Shown: positions 32,513 through 42,894, counted from the stretch's first letter. The stretch is 64,000 nt of DNA from Gammaproteobacteria bacterium (GCA_965215365.1 CBDCDS010000003.1:928001-992000); one strand, 5' to 3'. Notes: generated from the sequence alone by a model not told the origin. Numbers and translations are program-made.

Positions 32513-33125
32513 TTAATCTCTCTGAACTTTTCCAACAGAATAAAAAGTTACCGTGTGGGCGCCCGCATTTAAGATAGCCTCAATCGCGTCCTCATCAATA
32601 TTTACACCAGGTGTGTATATGTCATCAATGAGCAGGATGTTTTTATTCTTAACCTCGGATGAAATTGCACAGGTAGCTTCAGTGATTCCGGGATATGGTT
32701 TAGGTCCATCATTATTTGGGGTTGGCTTGCGCAGGTGCGTCGTTTTGGTATTGGTGTGCCGGAGTAAATAGCTTGTTCCATCAACGAATCCAGATAGTCC
32801 ATTGACGACTGATTGCACCGCGGCTCGAAATAGTTGCTGATTTGCGTGGTATCTTCTTTCGGCTTTGGCTCGAGGTACGACGCATACTACAATGGGGTCG
32901 ATAGTCAGAAATTGGGATAATTCTGGTAGATCTGTCTGTAAAACGCTTCGCAATTTTTGTGCAGCCAAGCGTAGCTTGTTTTCTGAAAAATTATTATATG
33001 TATTCTTTAAGATCGTTGAGATAGTTCGGATTACCCGGATTACCCCAGCCTGTGTACCGAATATGATAATAAGCGTCTGTATGCTTGGATAAATAATAAT
33101 TGGTAGATATTTGAAAACGATTCAT
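32513..33125 (-). pseudogene. Phosphoribosyltransferase (ShosT-like toxin) with +1 frameshift near 33007
   Basis: ATG at 33125 gives MNRFQI...NPNYLNDLKEYI*; deleting one A joins LKNTYNNFSENKLRL to the ORF carrying the PRPP loop ILLIDDIYTPG. Confidence 0.75.
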
Positions 33126-33220
33126 GACACTTCACACACGAGGGCGCCTCTATTAATTCAACCCGATGGTATAATGCGAGACACTGATTATCAACTGCCC
33201 TGTATACGGCTGTATACGGT

Positions 33221-33320
33221 ACCAGCCGCTGTGAGTTCTATCCGTTCTACGAGGGACTACTGACCGTGGCGGCCATCAGCCGGAAACTGGCAGAGTATCA
33301 GGATCACTACAATACCTACC
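33221..33320 (+). mobile_element. 100-bp remnant of an IS481-family transposase
   Basis: Encodes EFYPFYEGLLTVAAISRKLAEYQDHYNTY, similar to the reverse complement of about 45791-45890. Confidence 0.8.
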
Positions 33321-33377
33321 AGACGGAAGCTGGATTGGTTGCCATCGGAAAAGCACACAGGAAAGGAACAATTGCCC

Positions 33378-34550
33378 ATGCTAAATGTATTGCATGTTGT
33401 ACCGAGCATGTCTCCTGAGTGGGGAGGGCCGCCAGTCGTCGTGGCTGAGATCACTTCAGAGCTTGCGCAGCAAGATGTGCATAGTGAGATAGTCACGACT
33501 CATGGATATAGGGTTGGGGCAGGACAGATAACAACCCCGGGTGTACCCATCTTCAGCTTTAGAACAGAATCGCCGGCGAGGTTGTGGGCTGGTTATTCAA
33601 GAGAGTTGTTTTGTTTCCTAGATACAAAGTTAGTTGATTTTGACCTCGTTCACATTCACGAAATCTGGCATTACCCGGCATACGCGGCGTTTTGTGCTGC
33701 CAGAAAATATAAACTCCCTTATTTATTTACTATTCATGGGGAAATCAGTGATTGGGGTCTGCGGCAAAAGGCGCTGAAAAAGAAGATATACAGGCTGTGC
33801 ATATTGGACAGAATGTTGGGCAAGGCCAGCGCGCTGCATGCAATCACAAATATGGAAAAGTACCAGCTTAACAAGTTGGGTTTTGAAACACCGGTGGCAG
33901 TCATTCCAAACGGAGTTAAATCAGCTGAATATAATAACCTGCCAGACCCATCAGAGCTTGTGCGACGCTATCCCGAATTAAAAGGCAAACGCGTTGTTCT
34001 ATTTTTAGGCCGCTTACACCCGAAGAAAGGATTGGACACACTTGCGCGAAGCTTTATCGAATTGGCAGGACATTTTGACGATGTCGTATTGCTGGTGGTA
34101 GGGCCGAATGAAGCTGGAACTCGCGAAAGCATGGAAACCATATTGGGGGGGGGGGGTTCACGCGGCTTGCTCGATAGGGTAATATTTACAGGGCTACTGA
34201 CCGGTAAAGACAAACTGGCGGCGATGAGTTGTGCTGATCTTTTTGTGCTGCCTTCGCATTCTGACGTTTTAGGTTTGGCTGTTCTCGAAGCAATGGCTGC
34301 GCGCCTGCCTGTTATTATTACTGATGCTTGTGAGTTCCCAGAGGTCGCTGCTAATGGGGCTGGCCTTGTTGTCGAAATTGATGATATGCAAGTTGCGGAC
34401 GCGATTGTCAAATTGTTATCTGATGCGTCTCTCCGAAAGAGCATGGGGCAGCAGGGACGTAAACTGGTTGACGAACGTTATACTTGGAGAGCCAGCGCTA
34501 TTGCCATGTCCAGGCTTTATACAAGTCTTGTGAGCCATCATGCCTCTTAA
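33378..34550 (+). CDS. Glycosyltransferase family 4 (internal G12 tract)
   Basis: IPNGV, FLGRLHPKKG, VLEAMA. Confidence 0.92.
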   Translation: MLNVLHVVPSMSPEWGGPPVVVAEITSELAQQDVHSEIVTTHGYRVGAGQITTPGVPIFSFRTESPARLWAGYSRELFCFLDTKLVDFDLVHIHEIWHYPAYAAFCAARKYKLPYLFTIHGEISDWGLRQKALKKKIYRLCILDRMLGKASALHAITNMEKYQLNKLGFETPVAVIPNGVKSAEYNNLPDPSELVRRYPELKGKRVVLFLGRLHPKKGLDTLARSFIELAGHFDDVVLLVVGPNEAGTRESMETILGGGGSRGLLDRVIFTGLLTGKDKLAAMSCADLFVLPSHSDVLGLAVLEAMAARLPVIITDACEFPEVAANGAGLVVEIDDMQVADAIVKLLSDASLRKSMGQQGRKLVDERYTWRASAIAMSRLYTSLVSHHAS

Positions 34551-34574
34551 AAATAACCATTCGAGAATTGAATT

Positions 34575-35831
34575 TTGATGACCGGCTTGCCCAGCAATTC
34601 CAAGCCAGAATCCCGGGTGTTGGTTGTTCAACCTACAGTTCGTCTAAACTACGCTGTGCCGGCCGCGCTACATGCCGCAGGCATGCTGGAACGTATGGAC
34701 ACTGAATTATTTGTTCGATCCGAGAGGTTGGCAAATTCTTTTGCCCGGCTTGGAAAAACAGGTTTGACTGATTTGCGTCGTATTGCTGGTATGAGTCACC
34801 CGGGATTGCGGGATGCAAATATAAAAATTTCCCTTAGCCTTGCATGGAAGTATCACAAAATGCAACGCGATTTTAGTAGTTGGGCCAAAGGAATGAAATG
34901 GTATCTGCCCCAAGCAGCAAAAAAGACACTGGCTCGCGGCTTTGGACAGGCAACAGCATTGTACGGCTTTGTTAGCGCCATTGATCCTGCAGTTTGCCAC
35001 GAGGCCAAAAGGCAAAATTTATGCGTTATAGGCGATCAGATTATCGCTCCCTCTCCAATCCTACTCCGTGAGTTAAGGATTCAGTCGGAGCGCTTCCCAG
35101 GGTGGGAACCAAACCTGTCCCTCGAAGAGTTAAGGTTATTCGAAGAGCTCGAACACGATACTTGGATGTACTGTGACATTATCACCTGTATGTCGGAGTG
35201 GGTTCTGAATGGCTTGATCCAAGAAGGTCTTCCCCGCGATAAGCTCTGGCTTCTCCCCTACCCATCGAACCATACAAATTTGCATCGCATAAGGCGCAAC
35301 AAAGACCGCTCGACGATTACAGTCGGCTTTGTGGGTGCAGTTGAGCTGCGCAAGGGCGCGCCCTACTTTTTCCAGGTTGCCAAGCGGCTTGCTGGAAAAC
35401 AGCTCCGTTTTGTAATGGTAGGCCCGGTACGATTGGATGAGCAAATTGTGCGTCAAAATAAGGGTGCAGTGGAAATTATTGGTTCTGTGCCGAGAATTGA
35501 TGTGGGACGTTGGCTTGAACGTTTCGATATATTCTTTTTCCCCAGTACTTGTGAAGGCTCTGCCGGAGCAATTAACGAAGCTATGGCTTCTGCATTACCC
35601 GTCGTTACCACGCCTAATAGTGGCAGTACCATTCGGGACGGAATTGAGGGCTTTCTCGTATCTTACGATGATATAAATACCGCTTGTGACAGAATAGAAA
35701 AGTTAGCAAATGATGCGAGGCTACGGCACTCTATGGGTGAAGCTGGTCGCATTCGTAACAAAACATTTAATCTATCCTGGTACAGCAAAGAGCTGGCGCA
35801 GCGTGTAAGTGAGCTTTGTGCATCGGCGTGA
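34575..35831 (+). CDS. Glycosyltransferase family 4
   Basis: FVG...RKG, FPSTCEG....EAMASALPVVTT. Confidence 0.9.
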   Translation: MMTGLPSNSKPESRVLVVQPTVRLNYAVPAALHAAGMLERMDTELFVRSERLANSFARLGKTGLTDLRRIAGMSHPGLRDANIKISLSLAWKYHKMQRDFSSWAKGMKWYLPQAAKKTLARGFGQATALYGFVSAIDPAVCHEAKRQNLCVIGDQIIAPSPILLRELRIQSERFPGWEPNLSLEELRLFEELEHDTWMYCDIITCMSEWVLNGLIQEGLPRDKLWLLPYPSNHTNLHRIRRNKDRSTITVGFVGAVELRKGAPYFFQVAKRLAGKQLRFVMVGPVRLDEQIVRQNKGAVEIIGSVPRIDVGRWLERFDIFFFPSTCEGSAGAINEAMASALPVVTTPNSGSTIRDGIEGFLVSYDDINTACDRIEKLANDARLRHSMGEAGRIRNKTFNLSWYSKELAQRVSELCASA

Positions 35832-35918
35832 AATAAGGCGATTGAGGATGAGCAGTAAACGCGGAAGCCATACCACAGCCTGAGTGTACGAAAAATCAAC
35901 TGAGTCGGGGGGGCTGCC

Positions 35919-36752
35919 CTATGTGAAGTTATTCGTTTTAGTTTTGACGGTATCACCACGAACCCAAGAGCGATCAGTTTCATAACCCAGTTCTATCAGA
36001 AATTGCCCAGCGTAATAGTCAAATACCTCCCTGGCTTCAAGCGTGAAATTATTTTTCCAGTCTCCGACAATCCCTTTGCGAACAAAGCTAGTGGCATCTT
36101 CTTCGCCCGGTTTTCTTCCGGTGAGGCTCTCAAATGAGAACTTGGAGATACATGAGCTCAGCCTGGCATCGTCGATTTCGCAGGGTGACAGGTATTGAAG
36201 GATTTTTTTCATCTCACTCTCTGGACACCTTCTCATTTCCTCATAACTGGTTTCTATGTATCCGGTTTTGTTTTTCCATGTTTCTATGAAGCTGACCCAC
36301 GTCATATCTGTTGGTGGGCCGTCAGTGAAGCAATATTCGATGTATCTCGGCAAGTAGCGTTTTATATCATGTACATCCTTGATACCAAGCCGTTTCTTTT
36401 GTATTTCCGTCCAACCTGGCATCGACTTGCGTCTGTGGAATAAGTGGTAGTAGTAGTGGGATACCACCACATCCCGACCGTCGCGCCACATGACTATAGT
36501 ATCGTGAGCGTTGGAAACATGGAGATAGTGGCCTTTAATGACACACCTTTGGAGAGGCGGTAAACGATCACGAGTATCTGGTAAGTTAAGGTAATCCGCA
36601 ATCATCTGGCATACCCAAGTCCCGCCAGACTTGGGATATTCGGTCAACACGACCTTCGGATTTCCAAACCCAAGAATATTATATACCATGGCTTTCCGTA
36701 ACTGCCCGTGCAGTTTGCGCCACCAGCGAGCGTCTATCCTTTTTATGACCAT
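35919..36752 (-). CDS. Sulfotransferase (Sulfotransfer_1)
   Basis: YPKSGGTW, RDGRDVVVS, RKGIVGDWKN. Confidence 0.9.
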   Translation of the reverse strand: MVIKRIDARWWRKLHGQLRKAMVYNILGFGNPKVVLTEYPKSGGTWVCQMIADYLNLPDTRDRLPPLQRCVIKGHYLHVSNAHDTIVMWRDGRDVVVSHYYYHLFHRRKSMPGWTEIQKKRLGIKDVHDIKRYLPRYIEYCFTDGPPTDMTWVSFIETWKNKTGYIETSYEEMRRCPESEMKKILQYLSPCEIDDARLSSCISKFSFESLTGRKPGEEDATSFVRKGIVGDWKNNFTLEAREVFDYYAGQFLIELGYETDRSWVRGDTVKTKTNNFT

Positions 36753-36972
36753 CCCGTACCCCAGCCGGTCATTGGGCTAATCTGTGATATTTGCACATGG
36801 GATCAACTTTCCGGTTGAGTTTTGAATTGGCAATGGTTATCTTGGCAATCTGTCGTAGTATAATTCTGCTTCCCCGTACATCGCATTAACGAGATAGAAA
36901 GTTCATACTTTTTTCGCGCCCCGAAGTAGTACAGGAAGCCTGGTCTCACTTTGGCACCCGCTCAGCAAGACA

Positions 36973-37905
36973 TTGAACCAAGATAATCCGGTTGATTTTC
37001 TAGTTGTTGGAGCCGCGAAATCGGGCACAACGACCTTGTTCGAAGCATTGAATGAGCACCCTAGAATCTTCATTCCCAATCGTAAGGAATGTCGCTATTT
37101 TTCTTATGTGTCAAGCGATTCTGCCGCGCATGGTCTGGTGCCCTCGAATCAGATGGTTCATTCTCTTGAGGAGTATAAGGCCCTGTTTGACGGAGCCATG
37201 CCTGATCAGCTGTGCGGTGATATTTCACCAGACTACCTGTACTTTCATCAAAATGCCATCCCCAAAATCAGGAGCGAAATAGACTCATGCGTGCCGATAA
37301 TCATTGTTTTGCGCAATCCCATAGATAGGGCATATTCGCATTATCTTGAGAATATACGTATAAGCAGAGAGACATTAAGTTTTGAAGCGGCTTTGGCGGC
37401 AGAAGCCACACGTCAAGGGCCAAGTTGGAGTTGGGGTTTGAGATATACGCAAGTTGGGTTATATGCCGAGCAGGTCAAAGCTTATATTGATAATTTTGAA
37501 AGAGTTTTGCTACTTATTTTTGAAGAGGACATTATAACAGGACGGGCGATTGAAAAAGTTTTCAATTTCCTAGACCTTGATACTCCCCTCAAGAACTGGG
37601 CAGGCATACATGCGAATGTGTCGGGCTATCCCCAAAACCAATGGTTATATCGAATTATGACAGATGAAATAATTATCAGAAAAGCCAAGAATGCCATTAA
37701 AGGGACCTCGCTATACACTAGCCCTATATACACCTATTTGAGGAGGTGCTACCAAAAAATCATGAAGGCAAATATGAAGAAAGATGCCATGTCTAACCAG
37801 ACGAGGTGGCTGCTCAAAAAGAGATTCCAGAATGATGTTGCTCTCCTAGTGGAGTATACCAAGCTACCCATTTACAATTTCTGGAAAGATTTTCAGCCGA
37901 TGTGA
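36973..37905 (+). CDS. Sulfotransferase
   Basis: GAAKSGTT, LRNPIDRAYSHY. Confidence 0.9.
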   Translation: MNQDNPVDFLVVGAAKSGTTTLFEALNEHPRIFIPNRKECRYFSYVSSDSAAHGLVPSNQMVHSLEEYKALFDGAMPDQLCGDISPDYLYFHQNAIPKIRSEIDSCVPIIIVLRNPIDRAYSHYLENIRISRETLSFEAALAAEATRQGPSWSWGLRYTQVGLYAEQVKAYIDNFERVLLLIFEEDIITGRAIEKVFNFLDLDTPLKNWAGIHANVSGYPQNQWLYRIMTDEIIIRKAKNAIKGTSLYTSPIYTYLRRCYQKIMKANMKKDAMSNQTRWLLKKRFQNDVALLVEYTKLPIYNFWKDFQPM

Positions 37906-38023
37906 AAATTCGATCTGCTATAGCAGACCTCTATGCTTATCCTGCAAACAGATGTGCCGGTTGTTTTCCTTTAGTGTTCTGTGAGCAGGCACCCGTTTAG
38001 ACTATCAATCTCTGCCTGTAACA

Positions 38024-38935
38024 TTGGTTCAAACAAGTCCCGTAGATTTCCTCATTGTTGGCGCAGCAAGGTCTGGCACCACGATGTTGTTTAAGGCGTT
38101 GGCTGAGCATCCTCGAATCTTCATTCCTTCACGTAAGGAATGCCGTTACTTTTCCTGCATGTCCGACAGGCTAGCAGGGCCTAAGCCGATATCCTTGGAT
38201 GAAATTACCCGTTCCCTGGAAGAGTACAAATCCCTATTTGAGAAAGCAGGATCAGATTCGTTACGTGGTGATATATCACCGGATTACCTGTATTTTTATA
38301 AAAATGCTATCCCAAAAATTTGTAATGAGGTGGGCGTGCACATACCGATTATTATCGTTTTGCGAAATCCCATAGACCGAGCCTATTCCAATTACCTCGC
38401 TCATGTACGCGACGGATGGGAAACACTAAGTTTTGAAGCAGCACTTGATGCGGAACAGACTCGCTACGCCTCACGATGGAAATGGGGTTGGAGTTACACA
38501 GACGTTGGGTTGTACGCTGCACAGGTCAAGGCTTACCTGGATAATTTTGAACGAGTATTGCTGATGTTGTTTGAGGAGGATATTGTAACTGGCCGGGCGG
38601 CGGAGAAAATACTCGACTTTCTGTGCCTTGAAGCACTCCATCATGACCCTGATGACGTACACGTAAACGTTTCCGGTTATCCGAAAAACCGCATCCTGCA
38701 CCGGTTGATGACGGATGAACTGGTTGTGAGAAAAATCAAGAATATGGTCAAGGCCACGCCGTTATATCTTCGCTCGCAGCAGATTTATGATAAAATAATG
38801 GGAACAAATCTGGAAAAGAGGTCAATGTCCCCTGAGACGAGGCAGATGCTCAAGGAGAAGTTTCAGGACGATGTTGCGCTGCTTGAGGAATATACCGGAC
38901 TGCCAGTACGGAAATTCTGGAAAGATTTCCAGTGA
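38024..38935 (+). CDS. Sulfotransferase, tandem paralog of 36973-37905
   Basis: GAARSGTT, LRNPIDRAYSNY; collinear similarity to the upstream gene. Confidence 0.9.
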   Translation: MVQTSPVDFLIVGAARSGTTMLFKALAEHPRIFIPSRKECRYFSCMSDRLAGPKPISLDEITRSLEEYKSLFEKAGSDSLRGDISPDYLYFYKNAIPKICNEVGVHIPIIIVLRNPIDRAYSNYLAHVRDGWETLSFEAALDAEQTRYASRWKWGWSYTDVGLYAAQVKAYLDNFERVLLMLFEEDIVTGRAAEKILDFLCLEALHHDPDDVHVNVSGYPKNRILHRLMTDELVVRKIKNMVKATPLYLRSQQIYDKIMGTNLEKRSMSPETRQMLKEKFQDDVALLEEYTGLPVRKFWKDFQ

Positions 38936-39020
38936 GATTAGACTTTCTTTCTAAAGCGGAGTAGAGGGCATAATCCAGAATCATTGCGCAAAACTCCCAA
39001 GCCTCTATCACATCAAGCGA

Positions 39021-39716
39021 CTATGAAACAGCCTTGATGAACGTTTCTGTATTAATTTTACCCCAAGCGTAAAGGCGTGCTGACGCTTCATAATCGCGGT
39101 GAAGGAATCGCATCAGGTTTTTGCGAGCTTTCGATGATAGAGTGGGGGGGGGGGGGGGGGGGGAACCTCGCATCCCGCTGTTGTCATGTATTTGATATTC
39201 GTTGTGAATCCCAAACACTTTCGCTATGTCCTGATTTAGCGTTTCCTGCATTAGTACTGCCTGTATTTGGTCAGGTTGGCAACGGTTCAGAAGAGCCGTA
39301 AGATAGAAACTGATATCCATGCGAATATGACCGATCGTTCGTATGGCCTTAATTGCATCAGGCTTTGCCATCCCGTCATCATCGTACAGCGCTTCGCTCA
39401 GCACATTGATGTTGCCGTATTGCGTCAATGCTTCGAATTCTCCGGGGTCGCTATAACGTTGCTCTCCAGTAACCACCACTAGCTTGTAGCGCTAGTTGAA
39501 TGCCGAAATTGCCCGTTCAAGGGGATTTCTGGCAAGGATGATATACCTCATATTCTTCCGGAAGACTGGTTGTGAGACATGAAAAATGCGGTACCTGCCC
39601 GCAATCCCTGCTTTTTGTAATGCTGCTTTCAGCGAACCTCCACCACACTTGCCGATATGAATCAGTGACGTTTGCGTATAGCGGCCGACACTTTTATCAC
39701 GCCTTATCTTGAGCAT
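39021..39716 (-). pseudogene. Sulfotransferase-family-2-like gene with in-frame TAG and C20 tract
   Basis: HIGKCGG and RNPLERAISAFN*RYKL; both ORF halves are in one frame, stop at 39494-39492. Confidence 0.75.
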
Positions 39717-39729
39717 CTGACAATGCCTC

Positions 39730-41643
39730 CTACTTTACCAACCATCTTTGAGTTTCGGTTGGTGGCCGACCAAAATCAGTGCTGTAGAGCGAATCAAGGA
39801 CAGTGCCTGATATATCTTCGGGAACAAGTACTCTGTGGTTCAGCTTGTGCACGTTCAAAAATTTATTTCTTACAATAAAATCAGCCTGTGCCGTTACCGG
39901 TTTAAGGAGCCCCGTAAGTTGCAGAAAGTGCGGGCCGGCCGCACTTATTTTGGGAGTTGCCAACCAGAGACGACGGAATTCGTCATTGTTCTCAAGCAGA
40001 ATTCCGAAAAGGTAGTGAAACCAGAAGTAGTCCCCTCGTCGGGGATTTTCAGAGCTTGGGAGCAACAGATTTCCGTTTTTCAGGTGTGGCAGGAAGCAAT
40101 TCTTGTAAAGACTGGAAGTTGCGTCGAGCAGCCAACTTTTTTGCCTCGTTTTATGCCATCTTACATGTTGGATGTATACCAAAGTTTTTGTGCATAACCG
40201 GTTATGCCATCTTACATGTTGGATGTATACCAAAGTTTTTGTGCATAACCGGCGTATTCTGGAATACCAGAGATCCACTGCGCGGCATTGTTTGCTCACT
40301 CTTGGAAACCAACGATTAGCTGAACATTCAGAAGCGGAAGCATGTTGCGAGTCAGTGAGGGTCTGTGCCAATAATTCACATACTGAAGAATACCAAAAAT
40401 CAACTATGCGGGATTCTTTGCTTGCGGCCAGGAACCAACTGCTGATTGGACGCCCCGGGCCTGGTTTTTCGTAGGCGAAAAAACCGCTGGGGCTACATAC
40501 GGTTTCAATCCAGTCATCCAAGGGGCGCGTGCACCAGAGTGTGGCATCTGCCCAGACACCACCGTACTTCTTGAGCAGGCATATTCTGATTACGTCCGAA
40601 AGCGCTGGGAGTGGCAGGTTCAGAGTTTCCACAGCGGGTGGAAGTTTGACTCTCTCTAATACAGAGGCCGAATCCAGAAAGAAGATATCCCAGGCCGGGT
40701 TGTGCCGTTGCCAGGTTGCAGCACAGCGTTTGACGATGTCCGGGGCATTCGCCCAACCTTGGTGCCAGTACATGAACAGTATTTTGGGTATTTGGTTATT
40801 AGCGCCAGACTCTTGTGTTGAACGATGATGAAGAGTTTTCGCAGTGATGCGAATACCGGTTCCGGTGGTTGTTAAATAGGCACGACCTTGTAAAGATTGG
40901 TACAGGTCAATGTCGTGGCGATACAATTCTACAATCCGTTTTCGATATTTCTCAGAGATGTTTTTTTCAACCTCGAAAGTACTGACAGATTTCATTCTAT
41001 GAGGGATGGCCTTGATATGAATGCCATGTTTTTTCAATATGCTCCCGGCCTCAGAGACGGAGTTGAAATTTATCAGTAAGTCCAGATCAATTTTGCCACG
41101 ATTATAGATGAACCCGGTTTGTGGCATAAGGTGGCGCTCGCCACCTTCATCGAACCTTGGGGTATCAAGAGCGTGCTCGGCACTTAACAGCCCATCATAC
41201 GGCCAGTCCAGATTTGAGTTGTTTTCCAGGAAGGGAAGAATTTTATCGAACCAGTTTTCAAAATCCTTGGCCAAAACCTTGGGAGAGGGTTGACGTGAGT
41301 GGTTGAAACGGTATTTTTTCCAACCGTATTCAGAAATGATTCGTGCAACCGGGTGTCGGATAACAGCGAATCGTAGCTTGACCTGAGTTAAGCAGTGCGG
41401 ATAGTTTTCTGCGACTTCCCGTATTGAAAGATGCTGCAGGTCGCCACCGAATAAGTCGTCGTAATTCGTCGCTGTGATCGTCTTTGACTTCCCAAGCGTC
41501 GGATAGCGGCAACCATAGCCCATGGCAACTTCCAGACTTGTCCCGGCACACTTGGGTATATGGATGAACAGCGCAGTTCGGTCGTTGGTCAATGGCATTG
41601 TCAGGGGATATTCACTTGGGATAAGAAACCACTCAAGAGGCAA
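39730..41643 (-). CDS. Fusion: sulfotransferase family 2 + capsular polysaccharide synthesis (GT32-like) domain
   Basis: FIHIPKCAGTS, RHP..R..S, HLMPQ; then IPKILFMYWHQG, SDVIR..LL.KYGGVWADAT. Confidence 0.85.
   Translation of the reverse strand: MPLEWFLIPSEYPLTMPLTNDRTALFIHIPKCAGTSLEVAMGYGCRYPTLGKSKTITATNYDDLFGGDLQHLSIREVAENYPHCLTQVKLRFAVIRHPVARIISEYGWKKYRFNHSRQPSPKVLAKDFENWFDKILPFLENNSNLDWPYDGLLSAEHALDTPRFDEGGERHLMPQTGFIYNRGKIDLDLLINFNSVSEAGSILKKHGIHIKAIPHRMKSVSTFEVEKNISEKYRKRIVELYRHDIDLYQSLQGRAYLTTTGTGIRITAKTLHHRSTQESGANNQIPKILFMYWHQGWANAPDIVKRCAATWQRHNPAWDIFFLDSASVLERVKLPPAVETLNLPLPALSDVIRICLLKKYGGVWADATLWCTRPLDDWIETVCSPSGFFAYEKPGPGRPISSWFLAASKESRIVDFWYSSVCELLAQTLTDSQHASASECSANRWFPRVSKQCRAVDLWYSRIRRLCTKTLVYIQHVRWHNRLCTKTLVYIQHVRWHKTRQKSWLLDATSSLYKNCFLPHLKNGNLLLPSSENPRRGDYFWFHYLFGILLENNDEFRRLWLATPKISAAGPHFLQLTGLLKPVTAQADFIVRNKFLNVHKLNHRVLVPEDISGTVLDSLYSTDFGRPPTETQRWLVK
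40151..40252. repeat. Perfect 51-bp tandem duplication, in frame
   Basis: TTATGCCATCTTACATG...GCATAACCGG twice, encoding RLCTKTLVYIQHVRWH x2. Confidence 0.95.
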
Positions 41644-41684
41644 AGCGTGTTCCTACAAACGATGATACAGGTTTGCTCAGATGA

Positions 41685-41879
41685 TTATTCAGAAGGGGCA
41701 ACGGTTGAAGGCCGTTTGAAGTCAATGTTTGCCAGCGCATCGATTTGGTCTCGTGCTTTTTTGCTACGTAACACTTCATCTGCTTTGACGTAGCGCGCCC
41801 CCCTGTGGGTAACGTATATCTTAGGGCTTTCTTTGTCTGTTTTGGATTGTTTTTGTGCTTTTGCTTGTATTTTAATCAT
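41685..41879 (-). CDS. Small basic hypothetical protein
   Basis: ATG with upstream CAGGAG RBS; 64 aa. Confidence 0.5.
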   Translation of the reverse strand: MIKIQAKAQKQSKTDKESPKIYVTHRGARYVKADEVLRSKKARDQIDALANIDFKRPSTVAPSE

Positions 41880-42021
41880 GTCAAACTCTCCTGATGAACC
41901 TGTTTAACCGGATTGAGTTATTGCGCTCCCGAAATGATTGATTAAATCGTCCACGTCTCGTAGTGTCCCTGATTTTGTCGCTACATAGCAAGTTGGTGCG
42001 GGCTACTACCTCATGTCTGGC

Positions 42022-42051
42022 ATTATCTATCGTACCTCATCAGCTTGTCAA
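42022..42051 (-). promoter_or_regulatory. Putative leftward sigma-70 promoter inside the repeat (second copy 52125-52154)
   Basis: Minus strand TTGACA-18 nt-GATAAT. Confidence 0.4.
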
Positions 42052-42244
42052 AATGAAAATTTCTACCAAAGTGCGGAATCGGTGTTCAAGATGAACTGAA
42101 ATCCGCCGTGGGCGTTGTAGCGATGGGATTGCGAGTCTGGATATAGAGGTGACCTTACATGCGTTGAACCTGGACACAGAGTTGACAACAACCGGCAAGC
42201 AGACTATTCTGCAACTCACTGAAACCAGAAAGGAGAATGTCCTC

Positions 42245-42886
42245 ATGGAAAACGAATTACATCGAAACCCCGCCAGCCCCGAAAAAATATGGGCCACCTT
42301 GGATCGCATAACCGAGAGGCAGGAGAAGGAAGCCAAACTACGACAGCAAGAGGCCGACCGACGCCAGCAAGAGTACGATCGTCAGCAGCGAAAAATGGAC
42401 CGGCAGTTGGAGGCAATCCGGCGGCAGATGGAAGATACCGACCGGCGTCTGAAGAAAACGGACGAGTTGTTTAACAGCCAATGGGGTAAGTTGGTGGAAA
42501 GTCTGGTGGAAGGAGACCTGATAGCGCTGTTGCAGGCGCGCGGCATTGCGGTGGAGTCGACCCATCCGCGCGTGAGTGGTCGCCGCAATGGCGAGCACTA
42601 TGAGTTTGACATCCTGGCCATTAACGGTGAGGAAGTGGTGGTGGTAGAGGTGAAGACTACGTTGCGACCTGAGGACGTGACACATTTTCTGGCGAAATTG
42701 GCGCGGTTCACGGAATACGAGCCGGTATGGAAAGGCAAGCGTATCCTAGGCGCGGTGGCCTACCTGAAGACGGATGCCTCGGTGCTGGCGCATGCGCAAC
42801 GCCAGGGGTTGTTCGTCATTCGGGCCACTGGCAGCAGCGCCAGCATCATCAACCCGACAGACTTCCGGCCCCGAGTGTTTCTCTGA
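42245..42886 (+). CDS. Coiled-coil + PD-(D/E)XK nuclease-fold protein (DUF3782-like)
   Basis: AAGGAG RBS; Q/E/R coiled coil; WGKLVE, EFDILAING, VVVEVKTTL. Confidence 0.8.
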   Translation: MENELHRNPASPEKIWATLDRITERQEKEAKLRQQEADRRQQEYDRQQRKMDRQLEAIRRQMEDTDRRLKKTDELFNSQWGKLVESLVEGDLIALLQARGIAVESTHPRVSGRRNGEHYEFDILAINGEEVVVVEVKTTLRPEDVTHFLAKLARFTEYEPVWKGKRILGAVAYLKTDASVLAHAQRQGLFVIRATGSSASIINPTDFRPRVFL

Positions 42887-42894
42887 CAGCCCAT

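Noticed and set aside
33200-33219. CTGTATACGG x2 as a LexA-like operator
   Set aside because: Lacks the CTG-N10-CAG palindrome; more likely a scar beside the IS481 remnant.
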